DNA of 64,000 bases from Gemmatimonadales bacterium (GCA_024278175.1 JAJRTS010000085.1:59844-123843); one strand, 5' to 3'; positions 19,524 through 29,303 are shown, counted from the first letter of the stretch. Numbers and translations are program-made. Notes: generated by a model not told the origin, from the sequence alone.

Positions 19524-20051
19524 TTATTGCTTGCGATCTATATGTTGCTGTTTGGACGACTTCAGGAAGGTTTTTAGACCGGCTCGATATTCTTTGGGGG
19601 ACAGTCTTTTCCCGTTATGTGAATCAACAAAAATGGTCTGTGTTGGACCGCGCAAAAATTCAAATTTATAAGACCTATATAACAACGAGCAAAAAGAGAC
19701 ATCCATTTTATCAGCAAGCGCAAAAATGGTTTTGGGAGTATAGCCGGGGACATCGTATTCACCCCGTCTAACCTTAAAAACCATTGAGACTTTTCTCCCT
19801 TTTGGGGTATAGCCTTCTAAATAAATCTTTTGTTTAAGTGCGGTACCTTTGGGGCTTTTATTTGCGATCTCGAAGGTAATTCTTTGGTTGCGGTTGCTGT
19901 AGTCGGGGCTGGAGTGATCGGCTTCTTCCAAGATTCTAATTTCAAATTTTATTCTATTGCGGTATGAAACTACGGCATCACGAACGACTATAAAAATGGC
20001 ACCTGCTGCGGCAATGGCTGAAAAATAAAGCAACAAGCAATCATAACTCAT
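19524..20051 (-). CDS. AT-rich hypothetical protein with N-terminal TM helix
   Basis: 175-aa ORF in an AT-rich stretch; no recognisable motif. Confidence 0.55.
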   Translation of the reverse strand: MSYDCLLLYFSAIAAAGAIFIVVRDAVVSYRNRIKFEIRILEEADHSSPDYSNRNQRITFEIANKSPKGTALKQKIYLEGYTPKGRKVSMVFKVRRGEYDVPGYTPKTIFALADKMDVSFCSLLYRSYKFEFLRGPTQTIFVDSHNGKRLSPKEYRAGLKTFLKSSKQQHIDRKQ

Positions 20052-20168
20052 TTACTGGCCCTATATTGTGTATAAAAAAGAGGGATGGTAGTAACTACCA
20101 CCCCAATTAACCAGACAGGTTGAACAAAGTCAAGAGTTGTTTATTACCATTTGCTATGACATTTCGTT

Positions 20169-20212
20169 AACAAAAGCGGGGACAGCTGACCGGCCACTCC
20201 CGCTTTTGTTTT
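20169..20212. terminator. intrinsic terminator
   Basis: aacaaaagcggg...cccgcttttgtt stem downstream of the 20228-24149 operon. Confidence 0.75.
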
Positions 20213-20227
20213 CTTATAGGAAAAATA

Positions 20228-21064
20228 TCACTCTACGAACACGGGCGCATAGGCGAACAGTCCGGCGGTATTGAGAAACGCCCGCTCGGCCACGCCGGGA
20301 AGGTACGAGATCCCGAACGCACGCGAACCGACGATCAGCGAGACGGGCAGGGAGTCGTGACGCTGCCCGTCGAACAGGCGCTCCATGTCGCTGCGGGCCA
20401 GCAGCAGAGCACAGGCCACCGCGCCCAGGCTCTGCTCCACCCGCCGGACAACCGCCTCCAAGCTCTCCGCGCTGAACTCGACCTCCCCTATCATGGCGGG
20501 CCAGTGGTCGAAACTGCTCGCCCACTCTACCTGTCCACCGCTGAGCCTGACCACAAAACTGAAATACAGCTCCCGCCTGTCGAACACGCCCAGGATCACG
20601 TGCGAGGAGCCGGCTGCGTGGCCGGAAAAAAATCCGCTCACCTGTCCGTAGTCCAGCGGTCCCCTGTCCAGAGTGGGCTGCGGATAAATCGCGAACGATT
20701 CTCCGGCCAGGGTTCTCAACTCCTCGTTCAACCTGCTCTGGTAGCCGTATTTTTCTTCCCCGGACAGGGGCGTAAGGTTCAGCGTGTCGCACATGCGGAA
20801 ATAGCCCTGCCTGTCGGTGACAACCACCTGTTTCGCTTTGCCGCGCAGCATGGCGAAGAGTTGCCTGGCGCTCTGACGGGCATCGCGCACAGAGCGCACT
20901 TCCAAGCGCAAAGCCTCGCCGCCCAACGTCAGTTGCCGCACTATCCCCTGCTCGTGCCAGAGCACTGCCCGCGGCCGCGAGGGCGAGAGTTTTTCCAGCA
21001 GCGCCAGGAAATTCCCATATCCGGCCGGCTCGATATCGATGATTTCCATGCCCCGTGCTATCAC
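20228..21064 (-). CDS. hypothetical protein
   Basis: GTGA start/stop overlap with the upstream gene, host-like codon usage, no recognisable motif. Confidence 0.7.
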   Translation of the reverse strand: MIARGMEIIDIEPAGYGNFLALLEKLSPSRPRAVLWHEQGIVRQLTLGGEALRLEVRSVRDARQSARQLFAMLRGKAKQVVVTDRQGYFRMCDTLNLTPLSGEEKYGYQSRLNEELRTLAGESFAIYPQPTLDRGPLDYGQVSGFFSGHAAGSSHVILGVFDRRELYFSFVVRLSGGQVEWASSFDHWPAMIGEVEFSAESLEAVVRRVEQSLGAVACALLLARSDMERLFDGQRHDSLPVSLIVGSRAFGISYLPGVAERAFLNTAGLFAYAPVFVE

Positions 21065-23178
21065 GCGCTCACCTCCCACACCTGCACCCGGCGGGCGGGG
21101 ATTTCGATCCTGATCTTACCCTCGCCGCTGAACGTGGAATGCTCCAGCACGTCGCGAAAATCAAACCGCCCCTGGAAAAAAATATCGGTGCGCTGCGCTC
21201 TGCCGGTGCTGTTGGCCGCGAACAACAGCATCCTGCCCGAGGAGTGAGTGTGGACGCTGAGCTCCACCCGTGGGTTGGTCCGGGTAAAGGGCAAAGCCAC
21301 CTCCAACTCTTTAAGCAGGTCACCGATCTTCAGCGGTGATTCCAGCCTGACCACTCTTTCTCTCGGCAGTGCCTGCCCGGCTTGCAGGGAATCGCCCGGC
21401 ACACCCCCGGCCCGCCCCGCCCTTTCAGCGGCTGTGGAGAACAGAGCGTCAACCCGCGGGTCCGGCTCCATCCGCTCGTTCAGCGCCGGCCGCCCCGGTC
21501 CATAGACCAGCGTGCCGCCGCAGTTCACGAACTCGCTCAACCAGGCCGCCTCATCGCTGAAAATAAAATCGACGGACGGCAGGACAGCCACCTTGTAGCG
21601 CATCAGCCTATCGGCGGCGGCTCCGGCGGTGGCGCGGTTCCAGTCGAATCCGGTATCTGCAAGCAAACCCTCCACCTGGGCGCTCCACAGCCGACAGGCA
21701 TGTACGCTTGTCTTGCCGCCCATCTCGGAGAGGCGGATAAAAGCGGCTTCCGGGCTCAGGGGAGGGCAAGCCGCGCTTGCCTCGCCGGCCGCGGCCAGCA
21801 TCGTATCGAGCGCCCTGCTGTTGAGCACTACCGCCTCGACCTTTCTGGTGAACTGCTCGAAATGGGACTCGCGAAGGAACCGGCAGACCCTGCGGCAGGC
21901 GTTGAAATAATCGCTCCGCACCCGGCCGTCGGCGCGCACGGGCGCAACCAGCCAGCCGTTGCTTTCCACCATGGACCGGCTGTCGAGTCCCTTGACCCCG
22001 TACATCAACGCCATCATCGCCACGAACTCGTTCTCCGCCGAAGATGCGATTCCCTCCAGGGCGGGAAACGCTTCCCCCCCTGTCAGAGCGCTTCCCAGCG
22101 GATAGTCGCAGCTTCCCGCGCTGACCCTGGCCACGTATTTCATCCGGGTGCGCGGGTTGTCGGCCGGAATCACACTCGGCCCGCGGGCGCTTTGCTGGCC
22201 GGGCCCGCCGGAGAGCGGCGCCGGTGCCTTGCGGATCACCGGCACTCCGGTTATCCCCCGCGCGGCCAGCATTTGCGCTACTCTGTCCAGGGCGTGGTTG
22301 TCCGCCCAGCGCCTGAAAGCAACCCATTCCAGATAGGCCGGCAGGTTGTCCAGCCTCCGCGCCATAAACTCCCGCGGGGGTTCCACCTGCTCAAAACTCT
22401 GATAGGCGGCGCCATAGACCCGGTTCAAGCTGTCGATTGACTCGTATTGCTCCGCCAGGCGGCTACGGTAGAGGGCCAGTGTGTCGGGATGGTAGTCCGT
22501 GGAGTAAGGATAATCGAGCGAGCCGAAAAAGCTCAGGGCGCTCTCGAGCATCACGGCCACAACCGGACCGCCGCCGGGGTGCAGCGTCGGCGTAAGCCGG
22601 AGGGCCAACTGGTCCAGCCAGAGGGTCAGCTCCCGGAGCAAGGCGGCGCTGTTAAGACTGGGCTGCGGATACTGCCCATCCGGCGTGTGCGCCACGGCCA
22701 CGGTATCCCGGGCGGTGCGGGCGGCCACCCGCTGGTCGAACAGCAGCCTGGCGGGAATGCCGCAGCCGGCAAGGGACGGCAGCAACGGCCCCAGGCGCAG
22801 CAACACGTTCAGTTGCCTGCCGGCCACCAGTTCGATAAACCTGATCACGTTCCGGCGAGCTTCGAGAGCGCCAAAATCGTATTGCCCGGGCGCCAGCTCA
22901 TGCTCCGACCACGGCACCGATACGCCCACCGTGTTGATCCCGATCCGGGACAATCGCTCCAGCAGGGTATCCCACAGTGACGGGTCGTAGCTCCAGTAAT
23001 CCAGCCCCGCGCTGTAGAGCGGAACGGTTTTACCGCCGATCAGCAAGCCGGACGCCGTGATGCCGACAACCGGCGGCTGGGCGGCGCCGCAATTTGCTCC
23101 GGCTCCCAGGGCCACTACCGTGCCCGCGCCGCCCAGCGCGAGCAGGAACTCTCGTCTGCTTAAACCTCGCGCGCTCAT
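21061..23178 (-). CDS. Tat-exported GH35/GH42-like beta-galactosidase homolog, apparently catalytically degenerate
   Basis: Twin-arginine 'SRREFL' after ATG 23178; 'GINTV..VPWSEHE..PGQYDF', 'GGPVVAV', 'YESIDSLNRVYG', trimerisation-like C-terminus; the track's N-terminal extension to 24264 is spurious. Confidence 0.75.
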   Translation of the reverse strand: MSARGLSRREFLLALGGAGTVVALGAGANCGAAQPPVVGITASGLLIGGKTVPLYSAGLDYWSYDPSLWDTLLERLSRIGINTVGVSVPWSEHELAPGQYDFGALEARRNVIRFIELVAGRQLNVLLRLGPLLPSLAGCGIPARLLFDQRVAARTARDTVAVAHTPDGQYPQPSLNSAALLRELTLWLDQLALRLTPTLHPGGGPVVAVMLESALSFFGSLDYPYSTDYHPDTLALYRSRLAEQYESIDSLNRVYGAAYQSFEQVEPPREFMARRLDNLPAYLEWVAFRRWADNHALDRVAQMLAARGITGVPVIRKAPAPLSGGPGQQSARGPSVIPADNPRTRMKYVARVSAGSCDYPLGSALTGGEAFPALEGIASSAENEFVAMMALMYGVKGLDSRSMVESNGWLVAPVRADGRVRSDYFNACRRVCRFLRESHFEQFTRKVEAVVLNSRALDTMLAAAGEASAACPPLSPEAAFIRLSEMGGKTSVHACRLWSAQVEGLLADTGFDWNRATAGAAADRLMRYKVAVLPSVDFIFSDEAAWLSEFVNCGGTLVYGPGRPALNERMEPDPRVDALFSTAAERAGRAGGVPGDSLQAGQALPRERVVRLESPLKIGDLLKELEVALPFTRTNPRVELSVHTHSSGRMLLFAANSTGRAQRTDIFFQGRFDFRDVLEHSTFSGEGKIRIEIPARRVQVWEVSA

Positions 23179-23192
23179 CTTCCTCAACGCCT

Positions 23193-24149
23193 TCAGAGCA
23201 ACACCTCCACCAGACTGAAAAACAGCGGCATCACCAGCAGGGCGGCCAGATAGGAAATCACCAGCACGCCGCAGACCAGTTGCTCGTCGCCGCCGTAGTG
23301 GATAGCCTGCAGCGCCAGCGCCGTGGCCGGTGGAGAGGACGCTTCGAGAATCCAGAACGAGTTTTCCAGCGGCCCGCTGCTGAAGCCCGCATATTTCAGC
23401 GCCACGAACATCAACGCCGGGATCAGCACCAGCTTGAGCGCCACAACCCGCGTGGTGTCCCAAACCGACGGCAGGTGGCTCACCTTGAGCGCACCCATGG
23501 TCATGCCCAGGACAATCGTGGCCAGCGGCACGCAACTTCCTCCCACCAACTGGACCGCTCCCAGGCCGATTGCCGGCACGAACCTGTCCAGCCCGGTAAA
23601 CACCAGGCCAATCGCCAGCAGCGAGGAGTAGAACGGGGTGGTAAATACCTGGCTCAGGCTGATCCTTGTGCCTTTCCGGTGGGAGACAAGGAACTTGGCC
23701 ACGCTCCAGAGCAGCGGCATGTAACTGAGCAGCATCAGGAACAGGATCACGCTGAACTGGGTGAACCGCTCGGGAAAGAGCGCCTCGCCGATCGGCAGGA
23801 TCAGGTAGCCCGCGTTCTGGAAACTGGCCAGCGCGCTGAGCGTAAGACCACGCTCCCGGGAGCGCCAGAACACCAGCCGGGCCACCCCCAGGCTGCCCAG
23901 TGTAAGCGCGGCGCCCACCAGCGGATATTTCCACCAGTGGGGGTAGGCGGCAACGTTGAAATCCTGGATGATACTGCCGAAAATCAGGCAGGGCAGGGCC
24001 AGGTTCACCACCACCGCTGTCAGCGCCCGTGTATGACTCTCGTTGAAGACGCCGCGCCGCACCAGCCATGCCGCAACGATAATCACAATCGCGACCTTGC
24101 TCAGCGCCGTCAGCGAAGCCAGAAAAGAAGCAGCCAGCAATGAATACAA
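23193..24149 (-). CDS. AEC (auxin efflux carrier/malate permease) family transporter
   Basis: About 10 TM helices, 'ALPCLIF', 'FQNAGYLILPI', 'VPLATIVLG', 'KLVLIP', 'SPPA'. Confidence 0.88.
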   Translation of the reverse strand: MYSLLAASFLASLTALSKVAIVIIVAAWLVRRGVFNESHTRALTAVVVNLALPCLIFGSIIQDFNVAAYPHWWKYPLVGAALTLGSLGVARLVFWRSRERGLTLSALASFQNAGYLILPIGEALFPERFTQFSVILFLMLLSYMPLLWSVAKFLVSHRKGTRISLSQVFTTPFYSSLLAIGLVFTGLDRFVPAIGLGAVQLVGGSCVPLATIVLGMTMGALKVSHLPSVWDTTRVVALKLVLIPALMFVALKYAGFSSGPLENSFWILEASSPPATALALQAIHYGGDEQLVCGVLVISYLAALLVMPLFFSLVEVLL

Positions 24150-24370
24150 TCGTCTCTCCGCTAAGAAAAGTTATTTCACACTCCCCGGCCGTACAACTCA
24201 CCCGCCCCGCCGGATACCGGCCGCGGACACGGGCAAAGATAGTTTTTTTGCCCGCTCGATTCAAGTCATTCCCTCGCGCGAACCCCGGCTACGCTCCCCG
24301 GCGAGGGGTGAAAAACATGTTGACATCCGCCCCGGTCTGACCAATCTATAGCGACCGGGAGTTTTATCAG

Positions 24371-24462
24371 CCCGGATTATTCATAAAATATCTACTGCGG
24401 CATTGAATTCCTTGGTGTGCCACTTGTTTCACCTTGCGACGACAGTTTATGAATAATCCGGG
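24371..24462. mobile_element. 92-bp MITE-like element with perfect 17-bp terminal inverted repeats
   Basis: cccggattattcataaa (24371-24387) / tttatgaataatccggg (24446-24462); no coding capacity. Confidence 0.6.
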
Positions 24463-24521
24463 TTACCTGCTTTTTGTGCGGTGCGTGTGCGATTGTTGCA
24501 TAATCAAGCGTGGAGATTACC

Positions 24522-25919
24522 ATGAGTGAGAGCAAAAAATTCGAGCTGATAGTGGTGGGCAGCGGACCCGGAGGCTACGTAGCCGCTATCCGCGCCAGCC
24601 AGTTGGGGCTGAAAACCGCAATCGTGGAACAGGAAAAGCTGGGGGGAGTGTGCGTGAACCGGGGTTGCATCCCCAGCAAGGCCCTGCTGCACAGCGCCGC
24701 TCTATACGAGCGGATCAAGGCTGCCGGCAAATTCGGAATAGTAGCCGGGGAGCCGTCGTACGACTGGCAAAAGGTGGTCAAGCACAGCCGTCAGAGCTCG
24801 GAGCGCACAATGCGCGGAGTGAAATTCCTGCTGAAAAAGAACGCCGTAGAGGTGTTCGAGGGCCACGCGGTGCTCCAGGGAGAAGGCCGGGTGCGCGTGG
24901 AGGGCGGGAACGAAACGACCCTGAACGCCGGCAACATTCTGCTGGCCCTGGGCGCGCGTCCCCGGATGCTGCCGGGCGTAACTGCCGACGGGGAGAAAGT
25001 GATCACCAGCCGCGAGGCCCTTCTCCTGCAACAAAGACCCGCCTCTGTCGTTATTGTGGGTGGCGGCGCGATAGGCATGGAATTCGCCTATCTGCTCTCG
25101 GCTTTCGGCACGGAAGTGACCGTGGTGGAACTGCTCGATCAGCTTCTCCCCCACGAGGACCATGAGCTGGCCGAGGAGTTGAGCATGATCTACAAAAAAC
25201 GCAGCGTGCGGATCCTGACTTCCACTGCCGTGCAGGCCGTGGACACCGGCGGCGAGGGCGTTACCGTTACGGTCCGCGCCATCGACACCGAGAGCGTGGA
25301 AAACATTGTCGCCGAGAAAGTCCTGCTCTCGGTGGGCGTTACCGGTAATATCGAGCACACCGGGCTGGCCGAGGCGGGGGTGGAGACCGACAGGGGTTTT
25401 ATCCGGGTGGACAGTTCATTCTGCACCAGCGCCGGTAACATCCGGGCTATCGGAGACTGCACGGGCGGGGTGCTGCTGGCCCACGCGGCCAGCAGCGAGG
25501 GTATTTTCGCAGTGGAGGCTATCGCCGGCAGAACACCGCAAGCGGTAACCCATGAGCAGATTCCAAGTTGCGTCTACTGCAAGCCGCAGGTGGCCAGCGT
25601 GGGGCTCACCGAGCGCGAGGCCCAAAAACGCGGGCTGGACTACTCGGTGGGACGCTTCCCGTTCAGACCACTGGGCAAGGCGGTTGCCAGCGGAGCGCAG
25701 GAGGGGTTTGTCAAGGTTATCGCCGCTAAGGGCGGTAACCTGCTGGGAGTGCATATTATCGGCGAGGAGGCCACGGAAATGATCCCCGAGGCAGCGCTGG
25801 CCGCCCGGCTCAATCTTGATGTGGCGGCCCTGGCCTCGACTGTTCATCCACACCCCACGTTCAGCGAGGCGCTGGGCGAGGCCGCCCTGGACTCGCTGGG
25901 ACGTGCGCTCCATCTATAG
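24522..25919 (+). CDS. lpdA: dihydrolipoamide dehydrogenase
   Basis: 'GSGPGGYVAA', redox disulfide 'GGVCVNRGCIPSK', 'HPHPTFSE'. Confidence 0.95.
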   Translation: MSESKKFELIVVGSGPGGYVAAIRASQLGLKTAIVEQEKLGGVCVNRGCIPSKALLHSAALYERIKAAGKFGIVAGEPSYDWQKVVKHSRQSSERTMRGVKFLLKKNAVEVFEGHAVLQGEGRVRVEGGNETTLNAGNILLALGARPRMLPGVTADGEKVITSREALLLQQRPASVVIVGGGAIGMEFAYLLSAFGTEVTVVELLDQLLPHEDHELAEELSMIYKKRSVRILTSTAVQAVDTGGEGVTVTVRAIDTESVENIVAEKVLLSVGVTGNIEHTGLAEAGVETDRGFIRVDSSFCTSAGNIRAIGDCTGGVLLAHAASSEGIFAVEAIAGRTPQAVTHEQIPSCVYCKPQVASVGLTEREAQKRGLDYSVGRFPFRPLGKAVASGAQEGFVKVIAAKGGNLLGVHIIGEEATEMIPEAALAARLNLDVAALASTVHPHPTFSEALGEAALDSLGRALHL

Positions 25920-26074
25920 AGGGGCATTGATATCTTTTTTCAACGCCCTCTTGAAAATCAGTAAAAAAGACCTTTTCAAACTCAATTTTTACTGGACAAA
26001 GCAGTGGGACAATTATATTATCTTAGCCAGCTTCATTGCTAACCTCACACCGATATAGGAAAACCTCATCCCTC

Positions 26075-26431
26075 ATGCTCGATTACGTAGCGATATTCCT
26101 GACGATTATCGTAGCCGCCCTGATGGCTGGCGGTGCATTGTTGCTCAGTGCCCTGATCGGCCCCAGCCCCGCAAAAACCAAGGAAAAGGAACGTCCGTTC
26201 GAATGCGGCCTGGTCCCGATCGAGGAGCCGGGACGCCGCTTTCCGGTCCACTACTACGTTGTCGCGATTCTGTTTGTCGTTTTTGACATCGAGGTGATTT
26301 TTCTCTACCCCTGGATCGCCTCGTTCGACGAGGTGGGGCTTTACGGTTTTATCGGCGCGATGGCGTTTCTGCTGGTACTGACTTTCGGCCTGATTTACGA
26401 GTGGCTGCGCGGGGGACTCGAATGGCATTGA
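26075..26431 (+). CDS. nuoA: NADH-quinone oxidoreductase subunit A
   Basis: 'PFECG', 'LFVVFDIEVIFLYPW', 'YEWLRGGLEW'. Confidence 0.96.
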   Translation: MLDYVAIFLTIIVAALMAGGALLLSALIGPSPAKTKEKERPFECGLVPIEEPGRRFPVHYYVVAILFVVFDIEVIFLYPWIASFDEVGLYGFIGAMAFLLVLTFGLIYEWLRGGLEWH

Positions 26432-26898
26432 AACCGTTACTGGGTGACGATAATTTCGTCACCACCCGACTGGACCAGGTTATCGGCTGGGCGCGCAAGT
26501 TCTCCATCTTCCCCTACCCGTTTGTCACAGCCTGCTGCGGCATGGAGTACATGTCGCTCTCGAGCAGCCACTACGATCTCGACCGTTTCGGCGCTGCGTT
26601 CCCGCGCTTCACGCCGCGCCAGGCGGACATGCTGTTCGTCGTGGGCACGATCAGCCACAAGATCGCCCCGTTGCTCAAGCGGGTTTACGAGCAGATGTGC
26701 GAGCCCAAGTGGGTAGTCGCCTTTGGCGTCTGTACCTGCACCGGCGGCTTCTACGATAATTACGCCACTGTCCAGGGAATCGATACGATTGTTCCCGTGG
26801 ACGTTTATATTCCCGGCTGTCCGCCCAGGCCCGAAACGGTGATTCAGGGCGTGATGATGCTCCAGGAGAAAATCGCCAACGGCAAACAGGATTGGTAA
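26422..26898 (+). CDS. nuoB: NADH-quinone oxidoreductase subunit B
   Basis: 'TACCGME', 'PRQAD', 'QMCEPKWV', 'YIPGCPPRPE'. Confidence 0.96.
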   Translation: MALKPLLGDDNFVTTRLDQVIGWARKFSIFPYPFVTACCGMEYMSLSSSHYDLDRFGAAFPRFTPRQADMLFVVGTISHKIAPLLKRVYEQMCEPKWVVAFGVCTCTGGFYDNYATVQGIDTIVPVDVYIPGCPPRPETVIQGVMMLQEKIANGKQDW

Positions 26899-26907
26899 CT
26901 GCACAGG

Positions 26908-27393
26908 ATGACACCAGATAACGACAACAAAACCCTGATCGCCCTGGCCGAGAAGTTCGGCGAGAGTGTGATCGAGAGCAAGATCGACCGGGGCGACGCC
27001 GTGGCGGTTATCGCTCCCGGGGCCGTGCATGATATTATCGCCTGGCTTCGCGACCAGCACGACTTCAAGATGCTCGCCGACCTGTGCGGTGTGGACTACC
27101 TGCCGCGCGAGCCCCGTTTCGAGGTGGTCTATCAGTTACACGCCATGGGCCGCGGCGAGCGGATCAGGCTGCGCGTGCAGTTAGGCGGCAAAGCTCCGGA
27201 AGTGGCCACGATCAGCGATCTCTACCCCGTGGCCGACTGGCTGGAGCGCGAGACCTGGGACATGTTCGGGATCGTGTTCGACGGGCATCCGAACCTGAAA
27301 AGAATCCTGATGTACGAGCCGTTCGAGGGCCATCCCCTGCGCCGCGACTATCCGATAGAGCGCCGTCAGCCCCTGATCGGGCCGCGCAACTGA
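26908..27393 (+). CDS. nuoC: NADH-quinone oxidoreductase subunit C
   Basis: 'WLERETWDMFGIVFDGHP', 'GHPLRRDYP'. Confidence 0.95.
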   Translation: MTPDNDNKTLIALAEKFGESVIESKIDRGDAVAVIAPGAVHDIIAWLRDQHDFKMLADLCGVDYLPREPRFEVVYQLHAMGRGERIRLRVQLGGKAPEVATISDLYPVADWLERETWDMFGIVFDGHPNLKRILMYEPFEGHPLRRDYPIERRQPLIGPRN

Positions 27394-27424
27394 GACCGGC
27401 CTTAGCCGGAAATATGGGAAACCG

Positions 27425-28777
27425 ATGAGCGATACCACGAATAAAAAAACCAACCGGCGCACCGAGAACACGTTTCTCAACGTGGGCCCCTCCCATCCGG
27501 CCATGCACGGGGTGATCCACATCCTCACCGAGCTGGAAGGCGAGAAGGTGCTCGGCGCGGAAATCGAAATCGGCTACCTGCACCGCTGTTTCGAGAAAAA
27601 CTGCGAGCAGCTGGGCTACAACCAGGCGTTCCCCTACACCGACCGGCTGAATTACGTCAGCCCGCTGATCAACAACGTGGGCTGGGCCATGGCCGTGGAA
27701 AAGCTGTTCGGCGCCCAAGTTCCCGAACGCGCCCTGTATATCCGGGTGATCGCCTCCGAGCTGAGCCGGATAGTGGACCACCTGACCTGTGTGGGCGCGG
27801 CTGCGATGGAGGTGGGGGCGATGACCGCGTTTCTCTACTTCATGAAGGCCCGCGAATACCTCTACGACATAATCGAGTGGCTCACCGGCGCACGGATTAC
27901 AACCAATTACGTGCGCGTGGGCGGAGTTAAGGGCGATCTGCCGCACGGTTTCGAGCGCAAGCTGCGCGGGACGCTCAGGGAAATCCGTAAAATCATCGGC
28001 GAAGTGGACAAGCTGCTCACTCGCAACCGAATCTTTATAGACCGGATGAGCGGGATCGGCACGCTGGATCGCGAGAGTTCGATCGCCTATGGGATCACCG
28101 GCCCGCTGCTCAGGGCCACCGGCGAGGCCTACGACGTGCGTAAGGACATGCCTTATCTGGTTTACGACCGGTTCGATTTCGAGATTCCCGTGGCCGATAC
28201 CTGCGACGCCTACGCCCGCTATCTGGTGCGCATGGAAGAGATGCGCCAGAGCGCCAGAATTATCGAGCAAGCCATCAAGCAGATCCCGCCCGGCGCTATC
28301 GCGGTAGACCGCTACGGCAAACAGATCAGCGGCGCCGAGATGGTGGAGCTGGCCAAGCGCGGAAAGGTTAAGGAGTATATCGATTCCAAGGCCAAAGTGG
28401 ACCTGACGCTGGAGGGCACCGACGCGGCCAGCGCCTGTAATATCAACCTGACCGGCAACCGCTCCCTGCGCCTGCCGCCCAAGGAAGAGACCTACGGCAA
28501 CATCGAGGGCCTGATGTCCCATTTTATGCAGATCATGGATCATTGGGGAGTCAAGCCGCCCGTGGGCGAGACCTATCAGGCGGTGGAGGGCGCCAACGGC
28601 GAATTGGGGTTCTACCTGGTCTCCAACGGCGAGGGCCGTCCGATGCGCTCGCGCTGCCGCGGACCGTGCTTCTTCCCCATGGCCGCTCTTCACAAGATGA
28701 TTGTGGGCGACATGATTGCCGATATTATCCCCGCTTTCGGCTCGATCAACATGATTGCCGGCGAACTGGACCGTTAG
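27425..28777 (+). CDS. nuoD: NADH-quinone oxidoreductase subunit D
   Basis: 'GPSHPAMHG', 'GYLHR', 'DRLNY', 'GELG', terminal 'GELDR'. Confidence 0.96.
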   Translation: MSDTTNKKTNRRTENTFLNVGPSHPAMHGVIHILTELEGEKVLGAEIEIGYLHRCFEKNCEQLGYNQAFPYTDRLNYVSPLINNVGWAMAVEKLFGAQVPERALYIRVIASELSRIVDHLTCVGAAAMEVGAMTAFLYFMKAREYLYDIIEWLTGARITTNYVRVGGVKGDLPHGFERKLRGTLREIRKIIGEVDKLLTRNRIFIDRMSGIGTLDRESSIAYGITGPLLRATGEAYDVRKDMPYLVYDRFDFEIPVADTCDAYARYLVRMEEMRQSARIIEQAIKQIPPGAIAVDRYGKQISGAEMVELAKRGKVKEYIDSKAKVDLTLEGTDAASACNINLTGNRSLRLPPKEETYGNIEGLMSHFMQIMDHWGVKPPVGETYQAVEGANGELGFYLVSNGEGRPMRSRCRGPCFFPMAALHKMIVGDMIADIIPAFGSINMIAGELDR

Positions 28778-28814
28778 CAGAGCGTACGCAGTTATACAGT
28801 TTTGTGGAGAAAAA

Positions 28815-29303
28815 ATGTCAGTACGCATGTCCGATGAAGATGAAAAAAAAATAACCGAGCTGATCGGGCACTACCCGCAAAAACGGGCCGCTATCGGTGA
28901 CGTGCTCTATATGGCCCAGCAGAATTTCGGCCATCTGGGCCCCGAGGTGGAGCTCTACGTGGCCGGCCTGCTCGATCTGCCGGTGACCTATGTCCACCAG
29001 GTGGTTTCGTTTTACAACATGTACCTGCAAAATCCCGTGGGCAGGAACCTGATCATGCTCTGCGACAACGTGAGTTGCACCCTCTGCGGCGCGTCGGGAC
29101 TCGTGGAGCATCTCGCAAAAAAACTGGGGATCGGCCCCGGCGAGACCACCAAAGACGATAAATTCACCCTCTGGACTGTCGAATGCCTGGGCGCCTGCGA
29201 GCTGGCCCCCTGCGTGATGATCGGCGAAAAACTGTACGGCCGGATGACCCCCGAAAAACTGGACGAGGCCCTGGACGCCGTGGAGCAAACAGACGATGCC
29301 TGA
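28815..29303 (+). CDS. nuoE: NADH-quinone oxidoreductase subunit E
   Basis: 'SFYNMY', 'CDNVSC', 'ECLGAC'. Confidence 0.95.
   Translation: MSVRMSDEDEKKITELIGHYPQKRAAIGDVLYMAQQNFGHLGPEVELYVAGLLDLPVTYVHQVVSFYNMYLQNPVGRNLIMLCDNVSCTLCGASGLVEHLAKKLGIGPGETTKDDKFTLWTVECLGACELAPCVMIGEKLYGRMTPEKLDEALDAVEQTDDA

Noticed and set aside
23179..24264. N-terminal 360 aa of the 1067-aa track ORF 21061-24264
   Set aside because: Out-of-frame overlap with the AEC transporter; the real start is the Tat signal at 23178
28310..28460. Intein in NuoD
   Set aside because: Too short and lacks the N-terminal Cys/Ser block and the His-Asn terminus
9524..28777. Genome-wide TAG reassignment to a sense codon
   Set aside because: TAG ends lpdA, nuoD, pntAA and pntAB at their expected C-termini
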